Below, piece by piece: positions 20,572 through 28,217 of a DNA stretch of 46,561 nt; the first letter of the stretch is position 1; each line of letters opens with the position of its first letter. This DNA is from a virus. Taxonomy: Duplodnaviria; Caudoviricetes. The position numbers were made by a program, and so were the translations under genes. Where the stretch lies: positions 1-46,561 of the IMG/VR virus record IMGVR_UViG_3300027787_000004. The stretch is one strand, 5' to 3'. The notes under the pieces were generated by a model. The model was not told where the DNA came from. It made no database searches and was given only the letters and a program-made list of their open reading frames with translations.

Positions 20572-20966
20572 GCTACAACCCCGCCGAGGACTTCGACATC
20601 AAGGCCGTGGCCACCCAGCACGGCATTGACTGGCGGCTACTCAAGGCGCTCCGGCAGGCGGAGAACGGCTCGGCCGGGCGCGAGTTCGGCGTGCTGGCCG
20701 TCTCCGCGCGCACGTGGACGGAGCAGGCCGAGGTGGCGGCGCGCACGATCCGCCACACCATCGGGCGCTACTGGCAGCACGTCAAGGCCGACCCGTGGGA
20801 CGACCAGGTGGGCGCCCACACGGGCGACTTCCTCCGCTACTTCTCGGTGGGCGGCCCCGGCTACGCGGGCTACGCCCCGCTCGGGGCCGACAACGACCCG
20901 ACGCAGCTCAACGACCACCATGCGGCGAACCTTCTGCGGCTCTACGGGAGTGCCTGCGATGGCTGA
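20568..20966 (+). CDS. Endolysin, lysozyme/lytic-transglycosylase-like
   Basis: IKAVATQHGIDWRLLKALRQAENG matches the SLT catalytic-Glu helix; YAPLGADNDP motif. Confidence 0.7.
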   Translation: MSYNPAEDFDIKAVATQHGIDWRLLKALRQAENGSAGREFGVLAVSARTWTEQAEVAARTIRHTIGRYWQHVKADPWDDQVGAHTGDFLRYFSVGGPGYAGYAPLGADNDPTQLNDHHAANLLRLYGSACDG

Positions 20967-21240
20967 CGGACGGCAGCGCGGCAGCATCGGCTTGCTGGGA
21001 CCGGCCCTGCGCTATCAGGGGCCGACGCGGGTGGTAGGCACGACGCAGAACGGCGGGCCGTGGGTGCCCGCGGAGTGCCCGAAGTGCCACGTCGCCCCGC
21101 CGACCTGGGTGCAGGGCGACGTGAGCCGGTGCATCGCCTGCGGCACGCGCTGGTATCAGACGCGCTACACCTTCGAGCCGTCGGCGCGGCGCCATCGGGC
21201 GCTGCACCCGGTCCGGCTCCCCGAGGAGGCGACGACATGA
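20959..21240 (+). CDS. Zn-ribbon protein
   Basis: CPKC...CIAC. Confidence 0.45.
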   Translation: MADGRQRGSIGLLGPALRYQGPTRVVGTTQNGGPWVPAECPKCHVAPPTWVQGDVSRCIACGTRWYQTRYTFEPSARRHRALHPVRLPEEATT

Positions 21241-21605
21241 CCTGGGCGGACTTCAGCACGACGGCAGGGCAGCTCGCGGTCCTCGTGGCGCTCACCGGCC
21301 TGATCTACCGGCTGCTGCGCCTGTTCTTCCCCGACGTGCCCGAGGCCGTGATGCAGTTCGTCGCCGCCATCCTCAGCACCGTGACCAATCTGGCCGTGAG
21401 CTACAAGCCGGACACGCCGCGCTACCAGTGGCTCATCCTCGGCGTGGCGGGCGGCATTCTCATGTCGCAGAACGTGGTGAAGTCGATCGACTGGATCAGC
21501 GCCGCGAAGACGCAGACCGGGGCGCCCTCGGTGGGCGTGGCCGAGAAGCCGCCGCAGTGGTACGTGGACGCGCACCCCGAGCGGTTCCCGAAGGATGGGC
21601 GGTGA
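21237..21605 (+). CDS. Holin-like membrane protein (3 TM)
   Basis: Three hydrophobic segments; RBS GAGGAGG; ATGA overlap. Confidence 0.6.
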   Translation: MTWADFSTTAGQLAVLVALTGLIYRLLRLFFPDVPEAVMQFVAAILSTVTNLAVSYKPDTPRYQWLILGVAGGILMSQNVVKSIDWISAAKTQTGAPSVGVAEKPPQWYVDAHPERFPKDGR

Positions 21606-21787
21606 GGCTCCAGGTCATCCTCACCTGGGGCGAGCGGGACCGGAAGTGGGCGATGACGAGCGCCACCACCGGGCGCTTCCTCTACGACTTCTGGGACTGC
21701 GAGAACTTCAACAAGGTCTTCCGCCACATCGACAAGACCCAGCCCAACCGCTACACGCTCACCGTGGAGCGGAGTAAGGACCGCTGA
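21602..21787 (+). CDS. Hypothetical protein
   Basis: GTGA overlap start; 61 aa VRLQVILTWGERDRKW; TGATG coupling to protease. Confidence 0.45.
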   Translation: MRLQVILTWGERDRKWAMTSATTGRFLYDFWDCENFNKVFRHIDKTQPNRYTLTVERSKDR

Positions 21788-22533
21788 TGCCTCGCAAACT
21801 CGGCTGGACCCGAAGCCTCCCGGATCACCGCGACTTCCTGCGCGCGGAGCCCCCGCCGACGATGGAGCTGCCGGAGGCCGTGGACCTCTCGCCGCTGTTC
21901 CCCTCGCCGCCCTTCGACCAGGGCGACTTCGGCTCCTGCGTGTTCAACGCGGGGGCGGCGCTGATGCAGTACCAGCAACTGCGCCAAGGCTTCCCCGTGT
22001 GGATGCCGTCGCGCCTCTTCTGGTACAAGAACGTGCGCCGCATGGAGGGCACCGGCAACGAGGACGCCGGGGCGCAGATCCGCGACGCCATGAAGTCGCT
22101 GAACACCACGGGCGTCTGCTACGAGGCGTTGTGGCCCTACGATGACGCGCACTTCGCCGCCGATCCGCCCAAGGACTGCTACGACGTGGCGGAGAATCAC
22201 CAGTCGATCCGCTACGCCCGCGTGCGGCAGTACCCCACGCACATCAAGGCCGAGCTCGCGCTGGGCAACCCGATCATCTTCGGCGCGATGCTCTACCGCT
22301 CCTTCGAGTCGGACCTGGTGGCGGCCACCGGGGACGTGCCCTATCCGGGGCGGCTCGAGGAGCCCGTCGGCGGGCACTGCATGCTCCTCACTGGCTACGA
22401 GCGGGACCAGGTGATCGTGCGCAATAGCTGGGGGACCGGCTGGGGCGACAAGGGCCACTGCCGCATGCCCATGGACTACATCTGCTCCACAAATCTTTGT
22501 GATGATCTGTGGAGTTTATCGCTACTAGAGTAG
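21787..22533 (+). CDS. Papain-like cysteine peptidase (family C1A)
   Basis: LPEAVDL, DQGDFGSC (oxyanion Gln/catalytic Cys), GGHCMLLTGY (His), VRNSWGTGWGDKGH (Asn); no signal peptide. Confidence 0.92.
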   Translation: MPRKLGWTRSLPDHRDFLRAEPPPTMELPEAVDLSPLFPSPPFDQGDFGSCVFNAGAALMQYQQLRQGFPVWMPSRLFWYKNVRRMEGTGNEDAGAQIRDAMKSLNTTGVCYEALWPYDDAHFAADPPKDCYDVAENHQSIRYARVRQYPTHIKAELALGNPIIFGAMLYRSFESDLVAATGDVPYPGRLEEPVGGHCMLLTGYERDQVIVRNSWGTGWGDKGHCRMPMDYICSTNLCDDLWSLSLLE

Positions 22534-22537
22534 TGGC

Positions 22538-22660
22538 ATGATCCCCTTTCTCATCGCCATCACCCTCTGGACCGCCGCGTTCGTCGCCCTCGGGGTGACC
22601 TACGAAGTCAACCGGGCCGAGCCGCCCCCTCCCACTCACGCAAAGGAGCAAGCGCCATGA
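22538..22660 (+). CDS. Small single-TM protein
   Basis: MIPFLIAITLWTAAFVALGVTYEV.. 40 aa; ATGA overlap with next gene. Confidence 0.4.
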   Translation: MIPFLIAITLWTAAFVALGVTYEVNRAEPPPPTHAKEQAP

Positions 22661-23076
22661 AACGCCTTGGAACGCTCTGCATCACCCTGCTACTCGCCGG
22701 CTGCGCCACCCTCGGCATCGGCACCGACAACCAGGCCGAGCGCATCCTAGCCGACCTGGGGTGCCTCACCGCGCTGGCCGCTGCGGGCGTACAGGTCGCG
22801 GGCGACCCGACCGTGGGCGGCGCCTCTACCGCGCTCGACGTGCTCTCAGCCATCACCCGGATCGGCAGTTCCTCGCTGCCGGGCACCGTCATCGGCGCCT
22901 GCTCGGCCACGCTCTCATGGGTCGCCCAGGACGTGAAGGGTGCCATCACCACGGTAAAGGCCGAGGCCGCGGCCCCCGAGCCGGTCAAGGCGCAGCTGCG
23001 GCTGAAGGCGGCCAAGCCGGCGCCGAAGGCCCCCGCGCCGCCGGTGCCGATCAAGGTCATCGTGCCGCTGCCGTAG
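22657..23076 (+). CDS. Lipoprotein
   Basis: MKRLGTLCITLLLAGC lipobox; RBS AAGGAG. Confidence 0.75.
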   Translation: MKRLGTLCITLLLAGCATLGIGTDNQAERILADLGCLTALAAAGVQVAGDPTVGGASTALDVLSAITRIGSSSLPGTVIGACSATLSWVAQDVKGAITTVKAEAAAPEPVKAQLRLKAAKPAPKAPAPPVPIKVIVPLP

Positions 23077-23077
23077 C

Positions 23078-23320
23078 ATGCTGCTCCTCGGGCTGGGCGT
23101 CGCGGGCTTCCTGATCGGGGTGGCCCGCCTCGCCCTCGTTTGGTACGGGCAGGCGAAGGCCACGGCGGTCGAGCAGTGGCTCGGGGTGCAGGCGGCGCGG
23201 CTGCGCGATGCGACGGCGGCGGTGCTGCGGCGCTACCAAGAGATTGACCAACAGCCGCCGCCCACTACCGACGAGGAGCGCGAGCGGCGGATCAACGACG
23301 CCTGGAACCAGAAGCCATGA
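23078..23320 (+). CDS. i-spanin-like protein
   Basis: N-terminal TM followed by helical periplasmic segment; precedes lipoprotein. Confidence 0.5.
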   Translation: MLLLGLGVAGFLIGVARLALVWYGQAKATAVEQWLGVQAARLRDATAAVLRRYQEIDQQPPPTTDEERERRINDAWNQKP

Positions 23321-23565
23321 CCCCCGGCAGCACGGCCCTTGGCCTGACCTCGGCCATCATCCTCGCGCTCGCCCTGCTGTTCCTGCTGGGCGGCTGCGTG
23401 CATGTGGCCACGGAGCCGGGGGTGCCCTATCCCGCGCGCCCGCCGCTGCAGGTCATCTGCCGCGCCGGCCAGTGCTGCATGAGCGCCGCGGACGCCGACG
23501 CCTTCCTCAACTGGATTCTCAAGCTCAACGAGTTCGAGCGCGCGCGGGCGGAGTTGTTACGGTAG
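23317..23565 (+). CDS. o-spanin-like lipoprotein
   Basis: LLGGC lipobox, Pro-rich segment, Cys residues; ATGA overlap. Confidence 0.55.
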   Translation: MTPGSTALGLTSAIILALALLFLLGGCVHVATEPGVPYPARPPLQVICRAGQCCMSAADADAFLNWILKLNEFERARAELLR

Positions 23566-23846
23566 TGGACCTCGTCCTGTTCTACGCCGGGTTCTTCACC
23601 CTCGTGGCGATGTGCTTCTGGCTCGGCAAGGAATACGGACGGTATCAGCAGGCCACCGTTGACCGGCGCTACGACCGGCGCCTCATGGAGACCTTCATGG
23701 CCAACACGGCTCGACTGGAAGCGGCAGTGGCCGCCGCCGTCGCCCTCATCGCGCAGCTGAAGGCGTCGCAGGAGAACCCGGCGGATCAGGCGAAGCTCGA
23801 CGAGCTCGCGGGGCAGCTCGAGCAGGCGAGCCAGCCGCCGGCCTGA
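23565..23846 (+). CDS. TM plus coiled-coil protein (possible internal start at 23697)
   Basis: TAGTG overlap; TM segment, then GGAG-n6-ATG at 23697 preceding an Ala/Gln coiled coil. Confidence 0.5.
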   Translation: MDLVLFYAGFFTLVAMCFWLGKEYGRYQQATVDRRYDRRLMETFMANTARLEAAVAAAVALIAQLKASQENPADQAKLDELAGQLEQASQPPA

Positions 23847-23859
23847 CTCCACCTGATCG

Positions 23860-24069
23860 TCAATATCGGGCGGGTGGTCTAGGCGCCGGGCAGTCGGCCA
23901 GCGTCCCGCCGTGCTTTGGACAGCGCGTGGTATAGATATCCACGTCCCACGGGCAGTCAGGTTCTGGCGGCTGGGCGCTGCCTGGCGCACAATCGGAAAG
24001 GAACCTGATGTGCTCCTCCGAGAAGCCGCGCTGACGTAGGATCTCGGCATCGCCCTTGTTCAGCGTCAT
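23860..24069 (-). CDS. Hypothetical Cys/His protein
   Basis: MTLNKGDAEILRQRGFSEEHIRFL..CPKH; RBS GGAGG; ATGA overlap. Confidence 0.5.
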   Translation of the reverse strand: MTLNKGDAEILRQRGFSEEHIRFLSDCAPGSAQPPEPDCPWDVDIYTTRCPKHGGTLADCPAPRPPARY

Positions 24070-24224
24070 GGCGCCTCCATGGTGCCACACATCGGCCGCA
24101 CGCCGGAACTGCACACGCAGCCAGGCACGAACCCGCTGCACACGTACACGTCCGCGCAGCACGTGCCGCCGTTCCAGGTGGAGCAGCAGCAGAGCACGAG
24201 GAGCCAGAGGGCTAGCCGGCGCAT
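24066..24224 (-). CDS. Small Cys-rich, possibly exported peptide (52 aa, 9 Cys)
   Basis: MRRLALWLLVLCCCSTWNGGTCCADVYVCSGFVPGCVCSSGVRPMCGTMEAP; GGAG RBS; ATGA coupling to next gene; not listed in the ORF track. Confidence 0.55.
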   Translation of the reverse strand: MRRLALWLLVLCCCSTWNGGTCCADVYVCSGFVPGCVCSSGVRPMCGTMEAP

Positions 24225-24673
24225 CGGCGTCTCCATACCCCCCACGCCGCCAGCGTGAGGGCCGTCAGGGTGAGCGTCGCGGGCTCGGGGGTCTCCGTCG
24301 GCGCCGGATCATCTGCAGGCGGGTCGGGCACGAACAGCGCGATGCTGTCCACCGCCTTGCCGATCCCCAGCCCGAACGGCCCCCAGTAGAGCCAGTCGGT
24401 GGAGTACCACTCCTGGGTCAGCAGCCCGAAGTAGTCCATCGCCAGCCCCAGCGGCAGGCCGATGGCGGTGGCCTGCCACCGCTCGAGCAGGTGCACGGGC
24501 GCCGCCGTCAGGGCCACCTCCACCACCCCCGTCACGAGCGGCGCCCCGGCGGCGACGCACTCGGTGAGCGCCCCAAGGCTGCAATAGGCCATGACGAGTT
24601 GATCAGGCACGACCGGCACGGCCCCCGCCGGGGCGGGGAGTAAGAGCAGGAGCGCGAGCACGAGTTTCCACAT
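24212..24673 (-). CDS. Secreted PEP-CTERM sorting-domain protein
   Basis: Signal peptide MWKLVLALLLLLPAPAGA; C-terminus TPEPATLTLTALTLAAWGVWRRR = PEP + TM + Arg cluster; RBS AAGGAGG. Confidence 0.82.
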   Translation of the reverse strand: MWKLVLALLLLLPAPAGAVPVVPDQLVMAYCSLGALTECVAAGAPLVTGVVEVALTAAPVHLLERWQATAIGLPLGLAMDYFGLLTQEWYSTDWLYWGPFGLGIGKAVDSIALFVPDPPADDPAPTETPEPATLTLTALTLAAWGVWRRRCAG

Positions 24674-24689
24674 AGATGCCTCCTTGTGC

Positions 24690-25244
24690 TTACAGGGACG
24701 TTTTTCGTCGCCGCCCCGCCCGTCCTTTGCGCGAGGCGCGGGCCGCCCGGCGCATCTCCTGAACCGGCGAGAGGGGAACCCCCACCGCTCGTAGGGGAAT
24801 GGCCAGTGGAGCGGACGGACGGGGCAGCCGGGGCGCCGCCTGGATCTGGATGACGGCCGCCGTGAGCCCCGCGTGTGACAAGTAGTGCGCGATCATGTTC
24901 TCCACCACGGGCACCGGCAGCTCGGCCAGTAATTGCATGGTGCCTCGATGCCAGACGCGAATCGTCCAGCCCGGTTGCAGGTGCTCCTGCCAGCGGTCTT
25001 TGCATAGTTGGAGTTCAATCTGCGGCGGCACCGCCAGCCCCATCATGAGCGGCCGAGCGGGACGGAGATGGGCGTGGATACGAGCGCTCAGCGCGCGCGG
25101 CGGGGTCTTGCGCTCGCCGAACTTGAGCGCGCCGAGAAAGTAGCGACACGTGTGCCCGTGGACGCGCGGCGGGCACGGGTCGGGCGTCAACACATCGAGC
25201 AGGACCACGAGCGCGAAGAGGAGCACAGCGAGCGGACGGGGCAT
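24690..25244 (-). CDS. Hypothetical protein, N-terminal hydrophobic segment
   Basis: 184 aa; RBS AAGGAGAGG; co-oriented with repressor. Confidence 0.5.
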   Translation of the reverse strand: MPRPLAVLLFALVVLLDVLTPDPCPPRVHGHTCRYFLGALKFGERKTPPRALSARIHAHLRPARPLMMGLAVPPQIELQLCKDRWQEHLQPGWTIRVWHRGTMQLLAELPVPVVENMIAHYLSHAGLTAAVIQIQAAPRLPRPSAPLAIPLRAVGVPLSPVQEMRRAARASRKGRAGRRRKTSL

Positions 25245-25289
25245 GAGCGGGCCTCTCCTTTGCCAGCAAGATGTGCCCGCGCACGTCCG

Positions 25290-25685
25290 TCATGCGGGGC
25301 ACCACGTAGGCAGCAAAGGGCGTGCCCAGGACGTGAGCGCACGTCCCATAAGAGACACAAATTCAACGACTTGCACGACACCTGGGGGCAGAATTTCACC
25401 TGAGCCCCCACGGATCGCGCGAGCCATCCGGCGGCCTTTCCCCTTGGGTTCAGGCGGGGCAGCCAGGTTGATCAGGTCGCCGAAGTCGAGCCCGTAGACC
25501 TCAGCCAGCCGGCGCAGCGTGCGGGGCTGGGGATCGCGGATCATCCCGTTGTCCCACTGCTGGACGGTGCCGAGCGCCACCCCCAGGTGCTTCGCCATGG
25601 GGTAGACCTTGCCGTCGTGGTAGGTATCCTTGAGGGCGCGGATCAGGGCGCGGAAGTCGGCGCATTTCTTCGGGTCAACAGCCAT
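25290..25685 (-). CDS. cI: XRE-family HTH repressor (CI-like)
   Basis: VYPMAKHLGVALGTVQQWDNGMIRDPQPRTLRRLAEVYGL; divergent from cro-like gene; RBS GGAGGAGG. Confidence 0.8.
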   Translation of the reverse strand: MAVDPKKCADFRALIRALKDTYHDGKVYPMAKHLGVALGTVQQWDNGMIRDPQPRTLRRLAEVYGLDFGDLINLAAPPEPKGKGRRMARAIRGGSGEILPPGVVQVVEFVSLMGRALTSWARPLLPTWCPA

Positions 25686-25708
25686 GGCAGTGGTTCCTCC
25701 TCCGGGGC

Positions 25709-25738
25709 ATCATAATGGGGCGGTAGTAAGGCAGTCAA
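25709..25738 (-). promoter_or_regulatory. Sigma70-type promoter for repressor
   Basis: Minus strand TTGACT-N18-TATGAT upstream of the cI RBS. Confidence 0.65.
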
Positions 25739-25745
25739 TCTCTAC

Positions 25746-25778
25746 TTGACAGACTCCGCCTACCTGTGGCCTAGTAGT
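25746..25778 (+). promoter_or_regulatory. Rightward early promoter with overlapping operator-like palindrome
   Basis: TTGACA at 25746; CCTAC-N7-CTAGT at 25759-25775; -10 element not canonical. Confidence 0.5.
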
Positions 25779-25781
25779 CGC

Positions 25782-25991
25782 ATGAAAAAGCGACCGCCCG
25801 TCAATCGCATCAAGTTGAAGGCGCTGCGGGAGGCGCGCGGCTGGGAAATTCCAGATGCCGCCTACCACATCGGCGTCTCGCGCCAGACCCTGATGTATCT
25901 GGAACGCGGTCTCGTGCGTCGGCCCAACCCGCTGACGCTGGAGGCCATCGCCAAGACCTACGACGTGCCCGTCGAAGCGCTCGTGTCCTGA
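25782..25991 (+). CDS. cro: Cro-like HTH protein
   Basis: LKALREARGWEIPDAAYHIGVSRQTLMYLERG..PNPLTLEAIAKTYDV. Confidence 0.8.
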   Translation: MKKRPPVNRIKLKALREARGWEIPDAAYHIGVSRQTLMYLERGLVRRPNPLTLEAIAKTYDVPVEALVS

Positions 25992-26020
25992 GTGGTACTA
26001 CTGGCCCACGAGTGGAGTGC

Positions 26021-26230
26021 ATGATGAACGCTGCCGTGCGGAAGCCGCTGGCGAAGCTGGAGAGCAAAGACGAACGCATCGCCTTCCGAGTGCCGCGCTC
26101 GATCAAGGAGCGGCTGGCGGAGGCGGCGGTGGCCCACGGCGACGACCTGAGCACGTTCTGTCGCGATTGCATGTTGCGTGGATGGATGCTGCGGCAGAGC
26201 GAAGCGCTGTACAAGACCACAGTCGGGTAA
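26021..26230 (+). CDS. Ribbon-helix-helix DNA-binding protein (Arc/CopG-like)
   Basis: KDERIAFRVPRSIKERLAEAAVAHGDDLSTFCRD. Confidence 0.7.
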   Translation: MMNAAVRKPLAKLESKDERIAFRVPRSIKERLAEAAVAHGDDLSTFCRDCMLRGWMLRQSEALYKTTVG

Positions 26231-26268
26231 CAACGGTGCACAACTACTCAACAACTCTTGCGAGGCCC

Positions 26269-26475
26269 ATGTCCGACAAAGTTGCCCACTACGTCGTCCT
26301 GCTCCACGCCAGGCTCTGCATTTCGGATGATTGCACGGTGATTTGGGATATGCGGACCTCGCGCATCTGCCCGCGCTGCGGGAGCGCCCACGGGATGCCG
26401 CTCTCGCGCTACATGAACAAGCCGGCGCAGCCGTCGCGCCCAACCCGCCCCGACCCCCGGAGGGAACGCGCATGA
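26269..26475 (+). CDS. Small Zn-ribbon protein
   Basis: CISDDC...CPRCGS; GAGG RBS. Confidence 0.5.
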   Translation: MSDKVAHYVVLLHARLCISDDCTVIWDMRTSRICPRCGSAHGMPLSRYMNKPAQPSRPTRPDPRRERA

Positions 26476-26612
26476 GCACCCCATGGAACCCCGACGCCAC
26501 GGACCAGGATTATCTCCGCGCTGCGCAGGAACCTCGCCGGCCTGCGCCGGTTCGCCCGCCCTGCGATTGCGGGATTAGTCGCACCTGCCGCATTTGCGAG
26601 AACCGGCGATGA
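26472..26612 (+). CDS. Small Cys-rich protein
   Basis: ATGA overlap; CDC..CRIC. Confidence 0.45.
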   Translation: MSTPWNPDATDQDYLRAAQEPRRPAPVRPPCDCGISRTCRICENRR

Positions 26613-26689
26613 CCGAGCACATCCTCGACTTCGTCGGCTTTCTGGTCGCCGCGCTGAGCGTGGTGATCCTGTTGTGGATGGTGGAGTAA
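26609..26689 (+). CDS. Single-TM micropeptide
   Basis: MTEHILDFVGFLVAALSVVILLWMVE; ATGA overlap. Confidence 0.4.
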   Translation: MTEHILDFVGFLVAALSVVILLWMVE

Positions 26690-27142
26690 ATGCCCTTTGC
26701 GATCGGCGTCGAGCACGTGAAGAGCGGCGTGAATGTGGGCACGTTGCTACGGAGCGCCTGGAATTTCGGAGCCGCATTCGTGTTCACGGTGGGGCAGCGG
26801 TACTACCGGCAAAACGCCGATACGGTGAAGGCGTACCGACAGATCCCGCTCTTCCATTTCGCCGATTGGGACGACTATCGGGCGCACGCCCCGTTTGCCT
26901 GGACGCCCGTGGCGGTCGAGATCATGCCGACGGCGGAGCCGCTGGAGACGTACCAGCACCCGAAGTGCGCCAGCTATCTGCTCGGCCCGGAGGATGGGCG
27001 GATCAGTCAGACGGCCCTCGCTCACGCGCGCGATGTCATCAAGATCCCATCGCGGCTTTGTCTGAACGTGTCCACTGCTGGCGCAGTAGTCATGTACGAC
27101 CGGCTAGCGAAGCAATTGCGCGAGAAAGAACCCCATCCATGA
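26690..27142 (+). CDS. SPOUT (SpoU/TrmH/TrmL-like) RNA methyltransferase
   Basis: Motif 1 NVGTLLRSAWNFG, motif 2 YLLGPEDG, motif 3 IKIPSRLCLNVSTAGAVVMYDR. Confidence 0.85.
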   Translation: MPFAIGVEHVKSGVNVGTLLRSAWNFGAAFVFTVGQRYYRQNADTVKAYRQIPLFHFADWDDYRAHAPFAWTPVAVEIMPTAEPLETYQHPKCASYLLGPEDGRISQTALAHARDVIKIPSRLCLNVSTAGAVVMYDRLAKQLREKEPHP

Positions 27143-27297
27143 TCTGCCCCGCCTGCGGCGCGTCGGTGGTGCTGCTGATCCAGGGCTTCGACGAGGGCGA
27201 GGCCTGCGCGGCGTGTGTGACGGAGGCGGAGTACGAGCGGTATCGACGGTCGGCGGAGCGCCAATGGTGGCGCGAGAGGGAGGACCGGGATGGCTAA
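27139..27297 (+). CDS. Small Zn-finger protein
   Basis: CPAC...CAAC; ATGA overlap. Confidence 0.45.
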   Translation: MICPACGASVVLLIQGFDEGEACAACVTEAEYERYRRSAERQWWREREDRDG

Positions 27298-27394
27298 GCT
27301 CACCCTGCTGTTCTACCTGTTCGGCGCGGCGTGCACGTTCCTGGGCTTCCTCGTGGCGGCGATCCTGCACGCGGGGCGGGAGCCGGAGCGGTGA
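27290..27394 (+). CDS. Single-TM micropeptide
   Basis: MAKLTLLFYLFGAACTFLGFLVAAILHAGREPER; GGAGG RBS. Confidence 0.45.
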   Translation: MAKLTLLFYLFGAACTFLGFLVAAILHAGREPER

Positions 27395-27588
27395 TCACCA
27401 CGGTCTGTACGGGCTGGCCGGACGCGGAGGGCAAGCGCGTGCACACCGAGCCGCGCGTGCTGGTGCAGGGCGATGAAGACGGCCCGTGGTCGAACGGCAT
27501 CTGCATTCCCTGCCGCGATGCGTACCTCGAGCGAATCAACCAGCAGTGGGCGGAGCGCCAAGCCGCCCGGAAGGGGGAGGGGACGTGA
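27391..27588 (+). CDS. Hypothetical protein (Zn-binding-like)
   Basis: GTGA overlap; TVC..SNGICIPC. Confidence 0.45.
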   Translation: MITTVCTGWPDAEGKRVHTEPRVLVQGDEDGPWSNGICIPCRDAYLERINQQWAERQAARKGEGT

Positions 27589-27764
27589 ATCTACCAAAGA
27601 CGGTCTATGTGTCGTGGCGCACTGAGGGCAGTGGTGACGCCTACCTCACGGCGGAGTTGACGCCAGAAGAGGCGATCGAGGATGACGGCCCGACGATGAT
27701 CGGCGTCTACCGCCTGGTCGAGACAAAGAAGTTCGCCAAGCGGGCGATGGAGCTGAAGCGATGA
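27585..27764 (+). CDS. Hypothetical protein
   Basis: GTGA overlap, GGAGG RBS; LPKTVYVSW. Confidence 0.5.
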   Translation: MNLPKTVYVSWRTEGSGDAYLTAELTPEEAIEDDGPTMIGVYRLVETKKFAKRAMELKR

Positions 27765-28066
27765 AAAAACTCAGCGAAGTCTTGTCGGGCCCCGAGATGT
27801 GGTGCCAGGGCAAGCTGCGGAAGAGCGCGCGCGGGCCGTTCTGCCTGCTGGGTGCCGTGCAGGAAATGCTGGGGAACATCGACGCCCCGGAGGTCGCCGC
27901 GGAGGCCGAGGGCGTGCAGGACGATCTGCACCGGGCCATCCGCCTTGTGGACCCCGAGTTCTTCGGCAGCGTGTCGGCGTGGAACGACCGCGAGCACCGC
28001 ACGTGGGAGGACATCGCGGCGGTGGTGGACACGTTCGACCGGATGCGGGTGCGCCGTGCTCGCTAG
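27761..28066 (+). CDS. DUF6197-like phage protein
   Basis: WCQG..FCLLGAV..AWNDREHRTWEDI pattern. Confidence 0.6.
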   Translation: MKKLSEVLSGPEMWCQGKLRKSARGPFCLLGAVQEMLGNIDAPEVAAEAEGVQDDLHRAIRLVDPEFFGSVSAWNDREHRTWEDIAAVVDTFDRMRVRRAR

Positions 28067-28217
28067 CTACGAGCGCGCGAAGCGGGAGCGGCGCGTGCCG
28101 CCGCAAGAGTTCGTGGTCGTGTGCGTGTACTGCGGCGAGGTGATCGCGCTGCGCCTAGGCGGGCAGCGCATTCCTGATGCGATCCATATCTGCCCATTGA
28201 AGGAAGGGGAGGAGTAA
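28056..28217 (+). CDS. Small Zn-ribbon protein
   Basis: CVYC..HIC; TAATG coupling to recombinase. Confidence 0.4.
   Translation: MLASYERAKRERRVPPQEFVVVCVYCGEVIALRLGGQRIPDAIHICPLKEGEE

Noticed and set aside
22521-22534. GCTAC-TAGA-GTAGT resembling the operator motif
   Set aside because: Spacer is 4 rather than 7 nt and it overlaps the protease stop codon
23846-23860. Expected integrase/attP position between lysis genes and the repressor operon
   Set aside because: Only 13 bp separate the convergent stops; no recombinase gene, tRNA fragment or att core is visible
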